A DNA stretch of 64,000 bases from Marsupella aquatica. Lineage: Eukaryota > Plantae > Marchantiophyta. Numbering within the stretch: the stretch's first letter is position 1; the number at the start of each line of letters is the position of its first letter. The stretch is from positions 30,667,328 through 30,731,327 of the forward strand of contig OZ316892.1 in the NCBI GenBank assembly GCA_973895155.1, in the 5' to 3' direction. The notes beneath the pieces are model-generated. The model was given only the letters and a program-made list of their open reading frames with translations, made no database searches and was not told where the DNA came from. Shown here piece after piece: positions 1 to 13,316 of this stretch. A program made the position numbers and the translations under genes.

Positions 1-35
1 CCGTCCATCTGTACTATGTTTTTAGATCGTAGCAG

Positions 36-248
36 TTGACCCGAGTGTTTGTCCTTAACGCAGTTACCAGACAGATGCTCTTGTGTTGGTCTGATTCGGA
101 GTTGAGAATGCAGCAGGTCGAAACTGGTGCAAATTTATGGATCAAAGGATACCAGGTTTGGAGTCGAGGCAATTCGAGGGCTCTTACACTCCAAGGTGTT
201 GATGAATTACCGAATGCTGAGAAGGTTACCATGGGCCCAAAGGTGTAG
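36..248 (+). pseudogene. Possible OB-fold-like coding fragment
   Basis: LLCWSD..VETGANLWIKGYQV..RGNSRALTL fits the OB-fold beta3-helix-beta4-beta5 pattern by eye; short and truncated by the window edge. Confidence 0.25.
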
Positions 249-1254
249 AAGACATCTGCTTAACGTAATTATTGTCCGTCCCTCATAAAATTATGTCTAG
301 GTGTGTCGTAGGTGCGTGACATCCTTGTACCAGTCACTCATTGCTTTGTGAATCTGTAACTCTTTTCCAAGGTCAAAATGTGGTTACAGAGCAAAGTTTT
401 GGTTATCGTGAAGTTAAGAAGGATGGTGTGACGGTGGCAAAGGCCTTTTGCAAACTTGCCTATGGATCCTTGTCCTCCTATTTCACCTCACTGAAATTCT
501 CGTTGTTCTTTCTTCTTTAACGTATAGATGAGTGCTATGTTGGAGGACGGAAAGAATCTTTACAATGAAGACGCTCCGTTAATCTTATTTGGTTGCTGCT
601 CTAGAGCCTTTTCATCCAAATTAATGAAAACATGACTACCTCTGTTTAGTATATTTGTCCAAACACGCTGCAGGATTGGAAGCTCGGTTACTATGGTGAG
701 AGAGACACCACGGTCCCCCAGGTGCTCTTGATTGCTTCCGTCTGTCGTCTCCCCCTCTGTAGTTATAGCATAGTGTTGTGAATCAGTGCAGCAATGATGT
801 GAGAAAATTATTGGTGTCACGTTGATGGGTGGGCGGCAGTGGGATAATCGATTAGGCACCGAAGGAACGAAATGAAAGAATGCCGTAAGGGCGCAATCGG
901 ATCTCTCTCACTCTCTCTTTCAACGCCAGGGGTCCAGGATCTTTGCATGCGACCATAACTATACCCAGAACTGTATGATCCAAGGGCCGCCAGAATGTTG
1001 TACAATGATGGTGGACCACCTGGTGCTGTGGTTGACGAAGAAAAGAACGTGCCCTGCTTAGACACTCTTCGCGCACACAGCCCTTTTGCCATCACAGGTT
1101 GGTCTAGTTGTGCAATTCTGCAAAAATTTCAGACAACAAATGCGGTCCTTGCCGAACACGATGCTCAACAGGATGGTGGAAGTTGCAAGAGTCTCCTAGA
1201 AGTAGTGGAAGGCATGAAGCTTCAAAGCATTCATAGGATTGACAAACCGGTCTA

Positions 1255-1487
1255 GCTGTATGCACACTAATGTAGTGTATAACCAAGCTGTACGCACACT
1301 AATGTAGTGTATAACCAAGCTGTAGATATTTCTAAAGGAAACTGTGGCCCAAATGCTAATCCCTTGACTTCTGGAGGTCACCTGTCTACAAAGCTGTACG
1401 CACACTAATGTAGTGTATAACCAAGCTGTAGATATTTCTAAAGGAAAATGTGGCCCAAAATGCTAATCCCTTGACTTCTGGAGGTCA
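1255..1487. repeat. Local tandem duplications (~31 bp and ~100 bp units)
   Basis: GCTGTAYGCACACTAATGTAGTGTATAACCAA three times; GCTGTAGATATTTCTAAAGGAAA...GGAGGTCA twice. Confidence 0.9.
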
Positions 1488-2187
1488 GGAGATCTTATTT
1501 TGGTTGTTATAGCCAGCCGCATATTATTCCTTTTTTGATGTGAATTTTTACATTCCTGTAATCTGCCTATTCAGCTTGTCTTTCTTCAATCTTGGTGTAT
1601 TTTACGATGGATGTAATTGTTTCTCCCAAAGAGTTCTCCTTCAGATATCTTGTCTGTCTGAAATCTTTTACTTCCATGCCGGCTTTGTAAATTCTTCACC
1701 CCCATGGGTCTTGTCGTTTCGGAATTTGGGGGCTTCCATATGCTTGACTATTCAGCTCTTAGTGCAGATGGTTTTCTCTTGACCATCAGCATTTGGCCAA
1801 AGGGTGTCTTTGCAATCACAGTAGATACGTGTACAGTCTTGAATCAGAGTCAATGCGTTTTGGTGCCTGACTAAAACATTGTTGATGCAGAAAAAGAGAG
1901 GAGGTTCGCCACTTGCTACAAGAATCACCGCAGTCGCTTGATGATCAAATGAATGATGCAATGCAAGATGGCGGGATTCCTGGGGATCCTAATATGATCC
2001 TGCAGTGAGTTTGTGTGACATGAATAGTTCAATGTGGCACTGAAATTGTGATTGTATTTTCATATTGGAATGTTGCAGAACCACAGAATTTTCAAAGAAA
2101 CGAAAGGAGTATGCAAGAAGGGTGTCCAACACTATCTCTGGGCGTGTGCGTCGGAGTGAAAGGTTGAGCAAGAAGGTGGTACCTACA

Positions 2188-5100
2188 ATGGCAGAATGTG
2201 GAGATGACATGGATGCTGCACAGGTGGGTGCAGACACTAGACAAGAAGATGCAGATGATGAGTATTTTCCAGAGGAAATGGATGAGGATGGGGGTTATGA
2301 AGATGAATACATTGCAGAGCAGCCCCAAAAGAAACAGGTAAGTAGTTTTCCCAACAAGGTTTTGAGTTAAAAACTCTTATTTGGAGGTTTCATATGTTCA
2401 GTACTACACATATGTACCTTGCTTAGTTCCTGACATTGTAGTTGGTGATGTGATGCAGCGTCCTGCCAGTTCTGTTTTGCCTTCAAAGCCTGTGCATGCA
2501 CCATACCAGCAGGGGGGGCTGACCTTTGATCAAGGTTGGCAAGGTGGTAGTAGTGGTAGATCCCAGGCTGGTGCCCAATACTATGGCAGGGGGCAAGCTC
2601 TAGGTTATGCCCATGGTAGAGGCAGAGCAGGTCCAAACCCACAGTCTCGTGGGTTTGGACGTCCACCTCAACCATGGGGATGTGAGTATATATCTATATG
2701 CCAGTTCTTTGTGAAGGCATGACACTCCTGAATTTCAGACTGCATATCAATTTTTGACATTGTTTGGGATGTATTGGATTCAGACAACATGAAATTTTGT
2801 CCACCTACCATTGCATGCAGATTCTGCCCAACCTGATTGGGCAAATGCTAGTAATGATCAGTTCCAATGTCCACAAGGACAAACATGGGTTGAACCAGGT
2901 TGGGAGGATGGTGGTGGGTCGTGGAATGAACAAGGTTGGGAAGGTGGTGAAGGTAATTGGCAAGGATATCAAAATACAGTACCTACAAACGTTGGAAGAG
3001 GGGCAGGTAATGTCTGATCTTGTCAGCAATGGAAGAACCCATTATATCTGGAGTCCATTCACGTGGGGGGGGATTCTGCACATGTATAATGATAGAAAAT
3101 GTATGTGTGTAGGTTGGACAGTCGAACCATCGACTCAAGTATTCACTAATGCCCCTATGCAGATGCAGCACGGAAGGGGGACAGGTATGTCGGTGAATGT
3201 TCAGTTGTTTTCCTACAGTTTGTACTTAGTTTTCAGTACATATGTTTGCACACACATACCTAGAAAGTGACATCATTCGGCCCCTGTACTAGGCTGGACA
3301 GGTGGTCCAGGGTCGCAACAATTTCAGAGTGCAGTCCCTGCACAGGCATCTACAGGCAGAGCTACAGGTATGTATGTTTGAAGAATTCTTCTTGAAGTGA
3401 AGCATTGAATGTTGCCGTCATCCATTCTGCTGTATGTAGTTCTCAAGCATGAATGGCATTGTATTTTCCCAGGTGGCTTCAGAACCCCAGGTAGGGTGAA
3501 TGAAGGGGTGGCCAATACAACGCCCAGTACTACCGAGAGCAGTGCACGAGGGGAGGTGACAAAGAAAGGGAACGTAAAGTTGAATGAGAGACAATGGGTG
3601 GATGCTGAGTGTCCTCGCAAGAACCGATGGCATGCTAATTTGAAAGCTGAAGTATTGCGTTGGTTAGATGTGAGTGTTATTAATTTTAAAAAACAGCATC
3701 CAAAAGATTGGAAGACTGTATGTGAAAATGTTGCTGGCAAATGGAATTATGTGGGCAGTGATGATGGCGTGGACATAGGTTGCCTAGAGAGTACAGCAGG
3801 TAAAATCATCAAGCAAGAGAGGTGGAGAATGCATAAGGCTTGGAAGGAAGGTGGGGAGAAGCCAGATATGCCTCCACCAGCCAGTTGTGATGATAAAGTG
3901 TGGGCAAGGTTAGTAGCTTATTTTGTAACAGATGCTTCAAAAAAGAAGAGTTCACAGATGACCGAGGCCAGGTTGAGTGTTCAGAACCCTAATCTGACAG
4001 GAAGGACCGGCACTGCACCGACAGCTAAACGTTTGGTAAGAATGAATGGCCTAGCTATGTAATTTATGCTACACTATGTACTGTTTTTTAGTGTAAACCC
4101 ATACATGTAAACTTTGTTTTTTAGTGTACATTCCCTGAATATTGATCGATAACTTGTGTTTGCCATGCATGTGCAGAAACCCCAATTGGGGCAAAGCCCT
4201 TCAAAAGAAGAGTTGAGGGCCAAAATTGTGAACACCCGAGCTCAAGAGGGTGTATCTGAATCCTCCAAGCATGTAAGTTATATGAGTTCTGATTGGTAAT
4301 TGAATGACCTGCGTTGAATTTCAGGTGTACACTGTATATAACATTGATTGTGCATATATTGCCCAACATTTCATATGGAGTGATTGAACCTATACCCATG
4401 TGTCATGTAGGGAGGTGGATCTTTACTTACAGAGATAAGTGGTCGTTTGAAGGCTGTCGAAACATGTCTTCCAGAGATCAATGAACGTTTGAATTCATTG
4501 ACTGACTTGTTCCATGTGAACTTCAAGACATTAATGGAAGCTGTTGTGTCGGTGAGAGATAAAATTGATTCCAATTCTGCAGGAGTTCCACCATCACCAC
4601 TTGAGGTGGCAAAGTCGATGCACTCTTCTGGCATGCCAACGACATGTAGGCTTGAAGGTAAGGCCTTTACAACTGTGTGGGATATGATTATTAAATGTAT
4701 AGTTTGAATTGACATTGTTTGTTGAATGTGTTATTTTTAGTAACATATATTGTGGTTGTTGTGTCCATAGAGAATAAGACAGGTGCTACAGAGAAGAAAT
4801 ATGAGAACCTGGCAAATACTCGCTGTAATTTAGAGGCAACAAAGTTGCAGTTTGTACAAGCAACTTGTTTGACAGAGGGCAGTCAACCATGTTTGGATAA
4901 GGATGACATTGGCAAGGGAGTGGATGATATCAATGTTGGGGCAAATGAGGATATCAGCAAGCATGACAAGGATACCATTGAGCCAGATTCATGCTATGTA
5001 GATCTTGACTCCATTGCAGAGATAAATGATTTGCAGAATGTATCATTCTCAATGATAGGTGTGCCTCTTGTTGAGATAAATCCAACCAAAGAGTTAGTTG

Positions 5101-5567
5101 GTATGACACTCCCAGGTGATGAACCTGCTACTGTGACAGTCCTAATAGAGGAACCTACTGAGCCTAGCTTCACTACTGTGAAGAGAGGAAGCATGCGCAC
5201 ACGAAGCAAGTCTGCTGGTGGGAGCAAAGCCACGTCAAAGGTTTCATACAAACCTCCAAGAACAGTGCTGGCAGAAAGATCTAAAGTGGAAGTGGGGAAA
5301 GCACCTAATGCTGAGGGACAAAGTGGCTTGTTAGCTATTGATGAGAGTGGAACACGAGTAGGATTTGGCAGAGTGCAGGTTGGTTCCACAACGTTCCATG
5401 GCAAGAGGATTCCCCCAAGTTATTCAGTAGTGTTAGTCACATTACTAGTGAAACCTAAAGTTGTCCTTCCCATTCCAAACACAAATGATGATCCTCCTCA
5501 AAAGACACTTGGAGATGCTGCAGGTTCTTTGGTATTATGGCCAAGCAAGTTCATAGAGGATCCATAA
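2188..5567 (+). CDS. Multi-exon CACTA TnpA/ORF2-like protein (Ptta/En/Spm-like and TNP1-like C-terminal domains)
   Basis: Exon ~3472-4035 encodes PPPASCDDKVWARLVAYF..KKSSQMTEAR..NLTGRTG. Last exon encodes VGFGRV..FHGKRIP..VLPIP..TLGDAAGSLVLWP. GT-AG introns are visible; exon limits are approximate. Confidence 0.75.
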
Positions 5568-6067
5568 CAATGTCATGCCATTATTTGTTTGTAGTGTGAG
5601 TCATGTCATGTAGATTTTAGATGTCAAGAAGCAGTACAAGAATCATGTCCTCTTGGAGATTCATAGTATCATGCATGTGCTTTCAGTTATCTCATCCTGC
5701 AGTCATCAATTATGAGTTCCTGTTTTGTCTGAATTACATTGATCACATTGTAAACTATTCCATTGGAATTTAAATGATCTTCATTTTTTAGCAAGATTGT
5801 GATTGTGTTTAATTCTTATGAATGTTTTATGTAGGATCTGCTTATATGATGCTTTGTTTCATGTGGATGTCATTCATGCTATGTTCATTTCTTGTATTCA
5901 ATGTGTTATATTTCTAAAGTTAGAACATCAGTTTCTATGTATTGTAATGTGGAGTGCTCTCTCTCCTTATGAACTGTCCCTCTCTGTTCATTAGTCATGG
6001 TTATAACTTGCATGTGAACCTTATTAGTTATAAACATGAGTATATAGAGTCCCAAATGGTTTTGTTG

Positions 6068-6421
6068 TGTGACGCGGGCCAGGGTCTCCATTGGTCTCTC
6101 CTGTGACACTAAATGGTCACACGCTAGTCGTTGTTGAATGCGGGTAAGTCATGTATGTGACTTACTATGTGACTCGCTGAAGTCATATTGCAGTCACGTA
6201 GAAACAAGGCTAGACTCCACAATAAAGTCACAGATCAGTCACAAATGGGTATCAAGCAAGTTGCAAAGCCCAGTATCAATAGTGACTTCCATTTTTTGGT
6301 CTCAACTTTTGCAACTCCAAGGGTCACAGCGTGGGTCAAGTCACGTTGAGTCACAATGAAGTCACATGAGCCAAAATGAGTCACATATTGCGGTCTCAGT
6401 TCACCTCGGATTCTTCTAGTG
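6068..6421. repeat. CACTA subterminal repeats and terminal inverted repeat
   Basis: More than a dozen GTCAC/GTGAC cores in both orientations, ending in TAGTG. Confidence 0.85.
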
Positions 6422-6629
6422 TAACCTGAGCCCGAGTTTAGGCTAACCCGAGTTAAGTCTAACCCGGGATCAATCTAATCCGAACCCGGGTTAAGCCTAA
6501 GCTGAAGCCGTGCTTACCTGAGATAAGCTGAAGCCGTGCTTACCTAAGATAAGCCGTGGCCGAGCTTGGGTTAACCCGAAACTGAAGCCGAACCCGCTAG
6601 TTCCGGCCATAAGTTAACCCGTCACACTA
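6422..6629. mobile_element. End of an older DNA transposon (hAT/MITE-like) interrupted by the CACTA
   Basis: Dense AACCCG/AAGCCG repeats ending AACCCGTCACACTA (reverse complement TAGTGTGACGGGTT). Confidence 0.4.
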
Positions 6630-6933
6630 ATTAAACCGTATCTTCCTTAATACACCTCCGTTTCCCGAGTGTCTTATATCGATTTTACTCGCCTTGACCA
6701 GATCTTTCCAATGCTCTTTACAGATCCAGATTTGGTGACATATTGAAAGAGATATGGTCGTCGACCACCCGCGACATAGCTTTTATTTCCCTACTCTTAA
6801 CGCCATGATTGCCCTTATTCTTGCCATCTTGCTAATTGTTATGCAATATCAATAGCTACTCCTTGCATACAGCAACCTACTTAATCAGATTACAAAATAA
6901 GGACCATGTCATTGGCGTCACACCATCCAAATG

Positions 6934-8499
6934 GTGGACAGGGATCATCCCTATCCAAAAGCCGGACAGGGATCATCCCCATCCAAACGGTGGACAGACA
7001 TCATTCTTATCCAAACAGCACATAGGGATGATCCCTATCCAAACAGCTAACAGGGATGACCCTTGTACGGACAGTTAACCTATACACACTAATTTAATGT
7101 TTGACCAAAGAAAGGTTGGATTGAGATGATCCCAATTGTGAGTTGGGCTGGATACCCCAACCTTAAGTAACTTAGATAATTATACAATTCCTCCTAAATT
7201 TGATACCAATGGAATATTCTATAATTAAGTTGAAAGTTACCTGTAATGGAAACGATTCTTGAACACAAAACTCACTTAGTTTATGTTGCCAAACCAAGTA
7301 ATAAAATACTTTGTTGAAGGGGTAGTTATCAGTAAGCTGGTAAACTAAATGCTTCAGGGGTGTGGAAGAAATTGAAACTAGATGTTCTGTCTAGAAAACA
7401 AGAGTGGCTCAATGGGGCTCCGTAATGAATGGACCTGGTTGAGAGACTGAATGAAAATCTAGAAATGAAAATACCAAATGAGGACCAGCCAGACCAGCCC
7501 AAGTATCTTATACCATTTGTTCAAGATCGCTCTTATGGATAAGGCGATGCGTGATCAGCCTTAAGCAACGACGAAGTTTAGGGTCGAGTGGATGAGGTTA
7601 GGGTTTGCCTCGCACGGCTGTCTTGCCTCGCCTCGCACCTCGGCCTCACCTTGGAGAGGGGGGGGGTAAAGGAGGCAAGAGGTCCCACTTGGGCCTCATT
7701 CTTCTTCCCTCCTCCTCTTCTTCGCTCCTCCGCTTTTGCGCCTCCGCTCTCCTCCGCTCCTCCGCCTCATTCGCTTCCAATCTCCCTAGGCCCCACTCCA
7801 CCTCCGCCTTCACACTAGAGTTTCTGCGCTAGCCACCACGTTACTTGCCCTAGATCTAACGCTCTGTGATCCTCCACGTGTCCATACGGCCACGTGTCAT
7901 AATATGGATCCATCTAGACCTATTCATGTATCTTTGGTCGTTGAGCCAACAGAGGAGATAGACCTCTCCTCCATTGAGGATGTGATAGACACGACCCTCG
8001 AGGATTCCAGAGCCTTCCAATTGCTCAATCCAAGTGAGTATCTCAGTAACAAGTTGAATATTTGTGTAGTGGACAGAGATCATCTCTGTCCAATTGGATA
8101 GAGATGATCCCTGTCCAAGTAGAGTCCAAGTAGAATATAGTGATCTTTATTAGGAATTGGATAGAGATGATCTCTGTCCAAACTGAGGATAGAGATGATC
8201 TCTGTCCAAACTGAGGACAAAGATCATCCCTGTCCAATTGGATATGGATCATCTATTATTTTCCAAAATGACGATAGAGGATGTCCAACCAGACGATCAA
8301 AACTGTCATATTAGAGGATGCTGAGGATCTTTATTTGGAATTGGATAGAGATGATCCCTATCCAAGTAGAGGATAGAGATCATCCCTGTCCAATTCCTAA
8401 TAAAGTTTGTTAGTATCCTCTGATCGAACAGAGATGATCTTTATTAGGAATTGGACAGAGATCATCCCTGTCCAATTGGATAGGGATCATCTCTACCCA
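6934..8499. repeat. Palindrome family A cluster, consensus TGGAYAGRGAT-N-ATCYCTRTCCA (23 bp)
   Basis: About 14 copies here, e.g. perfect TGGACAGAGATCATCTCTGTCCA at ~8070; more at 10185-10442, ~24108 and ~24910. Confidence 0.9.
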
Positions 8500-8559
8500 A
8501 ACTGTGAGAGAACCTCATCTTTGTCGATTACAAAATTAAGATTTTCCAAACTAATATGC

Positions 8560-11500
8560 ATGGATGGGACTATTGCAGGGAGCGATCTAAATGGATTGAA
8601 ACCAGCAATTTCAAAATCAGATTGCTCCGAGGGAGTCTTGTTGGAGCAGAGCAAACAAGATTTTTGTTGGGGCCTTGAGTTCTCTCGAGTTGATTTTGAT
8701 TTCCTTAGCACGTCAAAGAAATGGGATCCCATTTTGTGCATAAAGGTTAGAACAGGAGATCAAGAGACTCTTGTACTCGGACCTGTAGTCTTCATTGGAA
8801 TTGAAGGAAGAGGGTTTGTTTCCGTCATTCTTGAGCTCCATGAAAGGATACGATGGGTTAAGCTACATCTACCATCAAAGGCGTATTCTTCAGAGTTCAA
8901 TGTTGAGTGGTCTGCTGTTGGAGAACTTGGCGTGTTAGCAATGGGCTTTTTCCCTAAGTTGTATTCAACTCAAAAGGTGATTGCTGGAGTGAAGGGGATT
9001 CTTCCACTTGACATCATGTATGGGTTTCAATATGTGAAGCTGAATATCCATAAACACCAAGGGAATTATACATTTCCGGTGACATGGATTTTAAATAATT
9101 TGCTTGACAAGGCAGGATTCCTATCTTTGGAATCAGGTGTTTGCCTTGACAAGAAAATTGCATTTGCGGAGGAGTTTGCGATGGATAATGCAAAAAAGTG
9201 GGTAGAATCATTACCCAAGCCTACAAATGTTGCACCAGTAGCGGTGAACGAGCTTCCAGTAGTTGCTAACAAAGAAGTTCCCAAACCTAGAAAAATTTCT
9301 CAAGAGACAACAACAGGGATTGCAGGAACAACGGCTGGGACAAGCACCAAACAAGTGGTTGGGAAGCGAAGACTAAGAGAGAGGAAGGAGCGCAAGAAAT
9401 TTGAGACATTGCCGAAGGAACCCGCGAAGAAGCCAGTAGCGAAGAAACAAAAAATTGACAAGTCTGTTGTGCAGTCAACCCCTACGGACGTACAGATGCT
9501 CCCAGAAGATGAGGGAGACAAACTTGACGCCCCTGAGGAGAAGAAGGTCTTAGAAGGAAATGATGTTCTCCAGAGAATAGAGCAGTACTATACTTTTGGG
9601 ATAAATGAAATGTTTTCTATTCCTGTGGAGAAAATTATGCCTGCACCTGCAAGATTATGTTACAGGATGCTCAGTAGTACCCATGTGAAGCACATAGCTG
9701 AATCCATGGTCAAAAATCCTGGACATGATCCTCACGTCGCAGACCTGCTTCCTTACAGTCTGAAGCTTAGAAAGTTGCTCCATTTTGACAGCACGGAGAA
9801 CGACCACAAAGACTTTCTTGCAGGAGTGAAGAAAGGCAAGATTGGTTTCTTTGCCATCAGTGGGCAACATTCGGCTAGGGCGGCCAAGTGGGTTCTTGAA
9901 TGGGCTAAAACTGATGCCAAGCTGACAGTGTTGGCAAAAAAGTTAAAATACAAGAAGTCTAGATTATTGTCAGACCTTACACCATCGGCTGTATTGGTTG
10001 AGCACTCAATGAGATCAAATGCCATCAATTCGACGATGGTGTTTCAATCGTGCTTCAAAGATACAATTGTTCATGCAAGGAAACAATTCCTTGAATGCAG
10101 AGCACCAAGAAAGCCAAAGCACGGGGACAACAAGTCAAACGCCCAAGAGAGTCAAAAATTTCAGGTGAGAAACATTTTTCTTGTTTGGACAGAGATGGTC
10201 TCTGTCCAAGAGTGTGACTGTCCGTTACATTGATTTTAGTTCAATATGTTTTTGGTTATGACTTGGATGGAGATGGTCTCTGTCCTAGAGTGTGATCGTC
10301 CATTCCAGAGATTTCTCTTCCTTTTACTTTTGGTTATGACTTGGATGGAGATGGTCTCTGTCCTAGAGTGTGATCGTCCATTCCAGAGATTTCTCTTCCT
10401 TTTACTTTTGGTTATGACTTGGATGGAGATGATCTCTGTCCAACAAGCAAGTGATAGTTTGTTGTCAAATCTCATTGATTGTAGATAACTTATTTTTGAT
10501 TGTAGGATTATTTGGCATTGGCAAGGATGACCATGGGGAGAAAGGACTTGAAAAATGTATATTGGTTGCTTTTTGCCGAGAATGATCTTTTCGAGCTCTG
10601 GCGGTTAGTATGCCAAATGTGGATTGATGGACATCTTCCTGATGGAGCTGGTACATAGGGAAACAAAAGGTCCGAAAAGGGTATAACGGTCGCAATGTTT
10701 CGTTGTTTTGATGGTGAAATCTCAAATAGAGATTTGACCAGAATTTTGAACAAGGTGAAGTCAGGTCAGGTTTTATTGAAGAAGGATCCGACAAATAAGT
10801 CAGATGTTCCAGCAATGGAGGAATTTGCAAAGGAGGTGAAGATATTGATCAAACTGAAGTCTCTTATTGGAGATTACTACTTCAAGAAGGATCCAAAAAA
10901 CTTCCCAGCAGATAGTGATTGGGTTAAAGTAATTGAGGTCCTCCCATTGTTAGGTGCCGAGTCGGAGTTGAACAGGTGCCGTAGAGCGGCTGGTGAAGTA
11001 TGGTTGACAAATTTATTGAAGTCTAATCATACAAAGGAGAGTGAGATATTGCCAATGACATTGGTGATGCGTCTAGATGATATTTACTATCAGAAGTTTG
11101 GCGGTGGGACAAGTTCTTGGACCCAACCGTGGGTCATATTTTTTAGTAATTAACAACCTAATGAAGACAGTGGATCCGGAGTCGCTGGAAGAACAATCTC
11201 CAACATGCCCTCTTGCAATTGTTGATTTCAGCCGACTTCAACAGAAGGAGTGGACCGAAGCAAAGATTTTGGTACTCTTCCAATACACAGTAGAGCTACC
11301 ACAAAATCCCACCATTGTTGTGATGATAATTGTCCATCCGGGTTACCTTGTACTGAATGTCCTAAGCGCCCTTCGTAAATTAGGACATTCAAAAACTCTA
11401 ACTATTCACATTGAGTATGGGAGTTATTCTCGAGATGATCAACCTCACCCTCATGACGGGTATAGCGACGGAGACAGGAAACAGGTAAACAGGTAAACAG

Positions 11501-12670
11501 GAATTTTTTTCCTGTTTTTAATATGCTGTTACTAGGAAAAAATCACTGTTACCAGGAAAAATGACAATTTAAAAATGTCTCCAAAAACATGTTATTTCCA
11601 AAAAAAATTAACAATACAACATTTTTGGCTAGCTTTGGGCGCTACTATTAGCAGCGCCGGGCGCTAGCAAAAAAAACTGGTCGACCGAATTTTTATTTTT
11701 ATTTTCTCCTAAAAAAAAATATTCAAAAACAAATTCCACCCATTTTCTTGTTACCCATTTTCTTTCCTATTACCAGTTTCTGTTATTTAAATCTTGTTTC
11801 CTATTTGCTGTCTTTTGTAAACACCTCCTCATGACTCATGTTGGAAGGGAGGAATAGAAGAAGTTATCTTTGCGGGAATTTCTTGCGAAGAGAACGTCAG
11901 CTGGGATGAAGTGTTCAAGCCCAACCAGATGAAGCCAAAATGGGTGTACGGTGAAAAGGATATTGATTTCGTGGTTGAGAAGGTCAAGGGAAAGGGAAAG
12001 GCAAAGACGAGGAGTCATTGCATGAAGATCTAAGAAATATGATGACCCCAAAAGAGGCGGCAATACTTCTGCACATGGCACCTCGATTTGAGACTATCGG
12101 CGCTCGGGGTGGGTGGGTGAATCCTCACGCCAAACCCACACGGATATCCAAAAGATCATCCAAACACTATCCGAGCCAGGGGATTTGATTCTTGACTTTT
12201 TCTCTGGCGGTCAAGTCATGAAGGCATCCATTTTTTCTCAATGTGAATGTTTTGTTTATTGTGACTCTCAACATGAGAGACATTTTGTGGAAGCATACAC
12301 TTTGTTCCTTTGTGAGAAGGTTCCCACCATCAAAGATCGTTATGATCACTATGTCGGTGGAAGTTCTAGACATTGGGAACCCTCTTCTGCCGCTGTTGCT
12401 ATTGAGGATGAATCAGATGGTGATCAAGAAGATGGAACTGACCAATCAGTCAAAGACGATGGGCCATCGGAGGGGGCATACGTGAAGAATTTGGATGACC
12501 AAGTTGGCAAGGGTGAAAATATTGACCTTGTTGAAGACGATATGATTGTTGGATCTGCACCTTGCAGTTCACCAATTACAGATGTTGCCCCCATGAGCCC
12601 CAAGGGTATGATAGCCATGATAGAAAACAAAAAACAGAAAACCTGTTACCAGGGGTTTATTTTCTGTTAA
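8560..12670 (+). pseudogene. ParB/Srx-like + N4/N6 DNA methyltransferase-like fusion gene 1 (disrupted, spliced)
   Basis: IPVEKIMPAP..YRMLSSTHVKHIAESM..FAISGQHSARA is ParB-like; IQKIIQTLSEPGDLILDFFSGG is MTase motif X/I-like. Intron 10165-10505, in-frame TAG at ~10656, frameshift at ~11140, second intron from ~11485. Confidence 0.65.
10250..10442. repeat. 78-bp intronic tandem repeat (~2.5 copies), each unit carrying a family A palindrome variant
   Basis: TTTTGGTTATGACTTGGATGGAGATGGTCTCTGTCC... repeats with period 78. Confidence 0.9.
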
Positions 12671-13316
12671 CAGGGAAATTGTACCTGTTACCAGTAAGCT
12701 TGTCCCTGTTACCAGTTTTGCCTGAACCATAACGTGCATATCCACCACTCTAAGGTGCATATCCACCACTCTAATGGCATAATTTTTTGGGGGGCAATAA
12801 AGTTTAAAACAAACAATTATTTTGTGCCATCCGATGGATGAAGTGTACTATCAATCCTCCATTGACACAACAATTTATTGTAGAAGATAAAAAACATGGT
12901 ATTAGGAGTGTGCCTAAAGAAACATTCATGCAAATCAATCTATTTTCATCGCCAAATAGTGACCCTTAGAGTGGGACCCACCATAGCACATGTCAATCGT
13001 GGAGTCCAAATCAACCCAATCTAAAGGAGTTGATTAAATGGACCTTGTAACGTCACAAACAAATGACAAATCACATCCTCGAGGCTTTGAAGACAGTAGA
13101 CAATTTAATCAACTTACACATTTTAAATAAAACAAGAGGTCATTCTTCCACAATGCACGTACATAATGAAGCAATGAATATCCGGTTTCCTAGAACCAGC
13201 GCCCGACGCTAACCAACAAAGTCTCAATAAAACAACTAAAATATCCGTTGGAAAAAGACAAAATAGGGAATAACCGTTATATTGAACGATAACCTATTGG
13301 GCAGTTTTGATCTCTC

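Larger units (their letters stand above)
1..6421 (+). mobile_element. CACTA (En/Spm) DNA transposon, right portion; left end outside window
   Basis: Ends CGGATTCTTCTAGTG (reverse complement CACTAGAAGAATCCG) at 6421, preceded by GTCAC/GTGAC subterminal repeats and a TnpA-like gene. Inclusion of 1-2000 in the element is assumed. Confidence 0.8.

Noticed and set aside
8070-8499. CRISPR-like array of palindromic repeats
   Set aside because: Spacing is irregular, spacers are short and themselves repeated, there are no cas genes and the context is eukaryotic.
8407-8559. N-terminal extension of the 608-aa ORF
   Set aside because: Non-ATG start running through family A repeats; first plausible ATG is at 8560.
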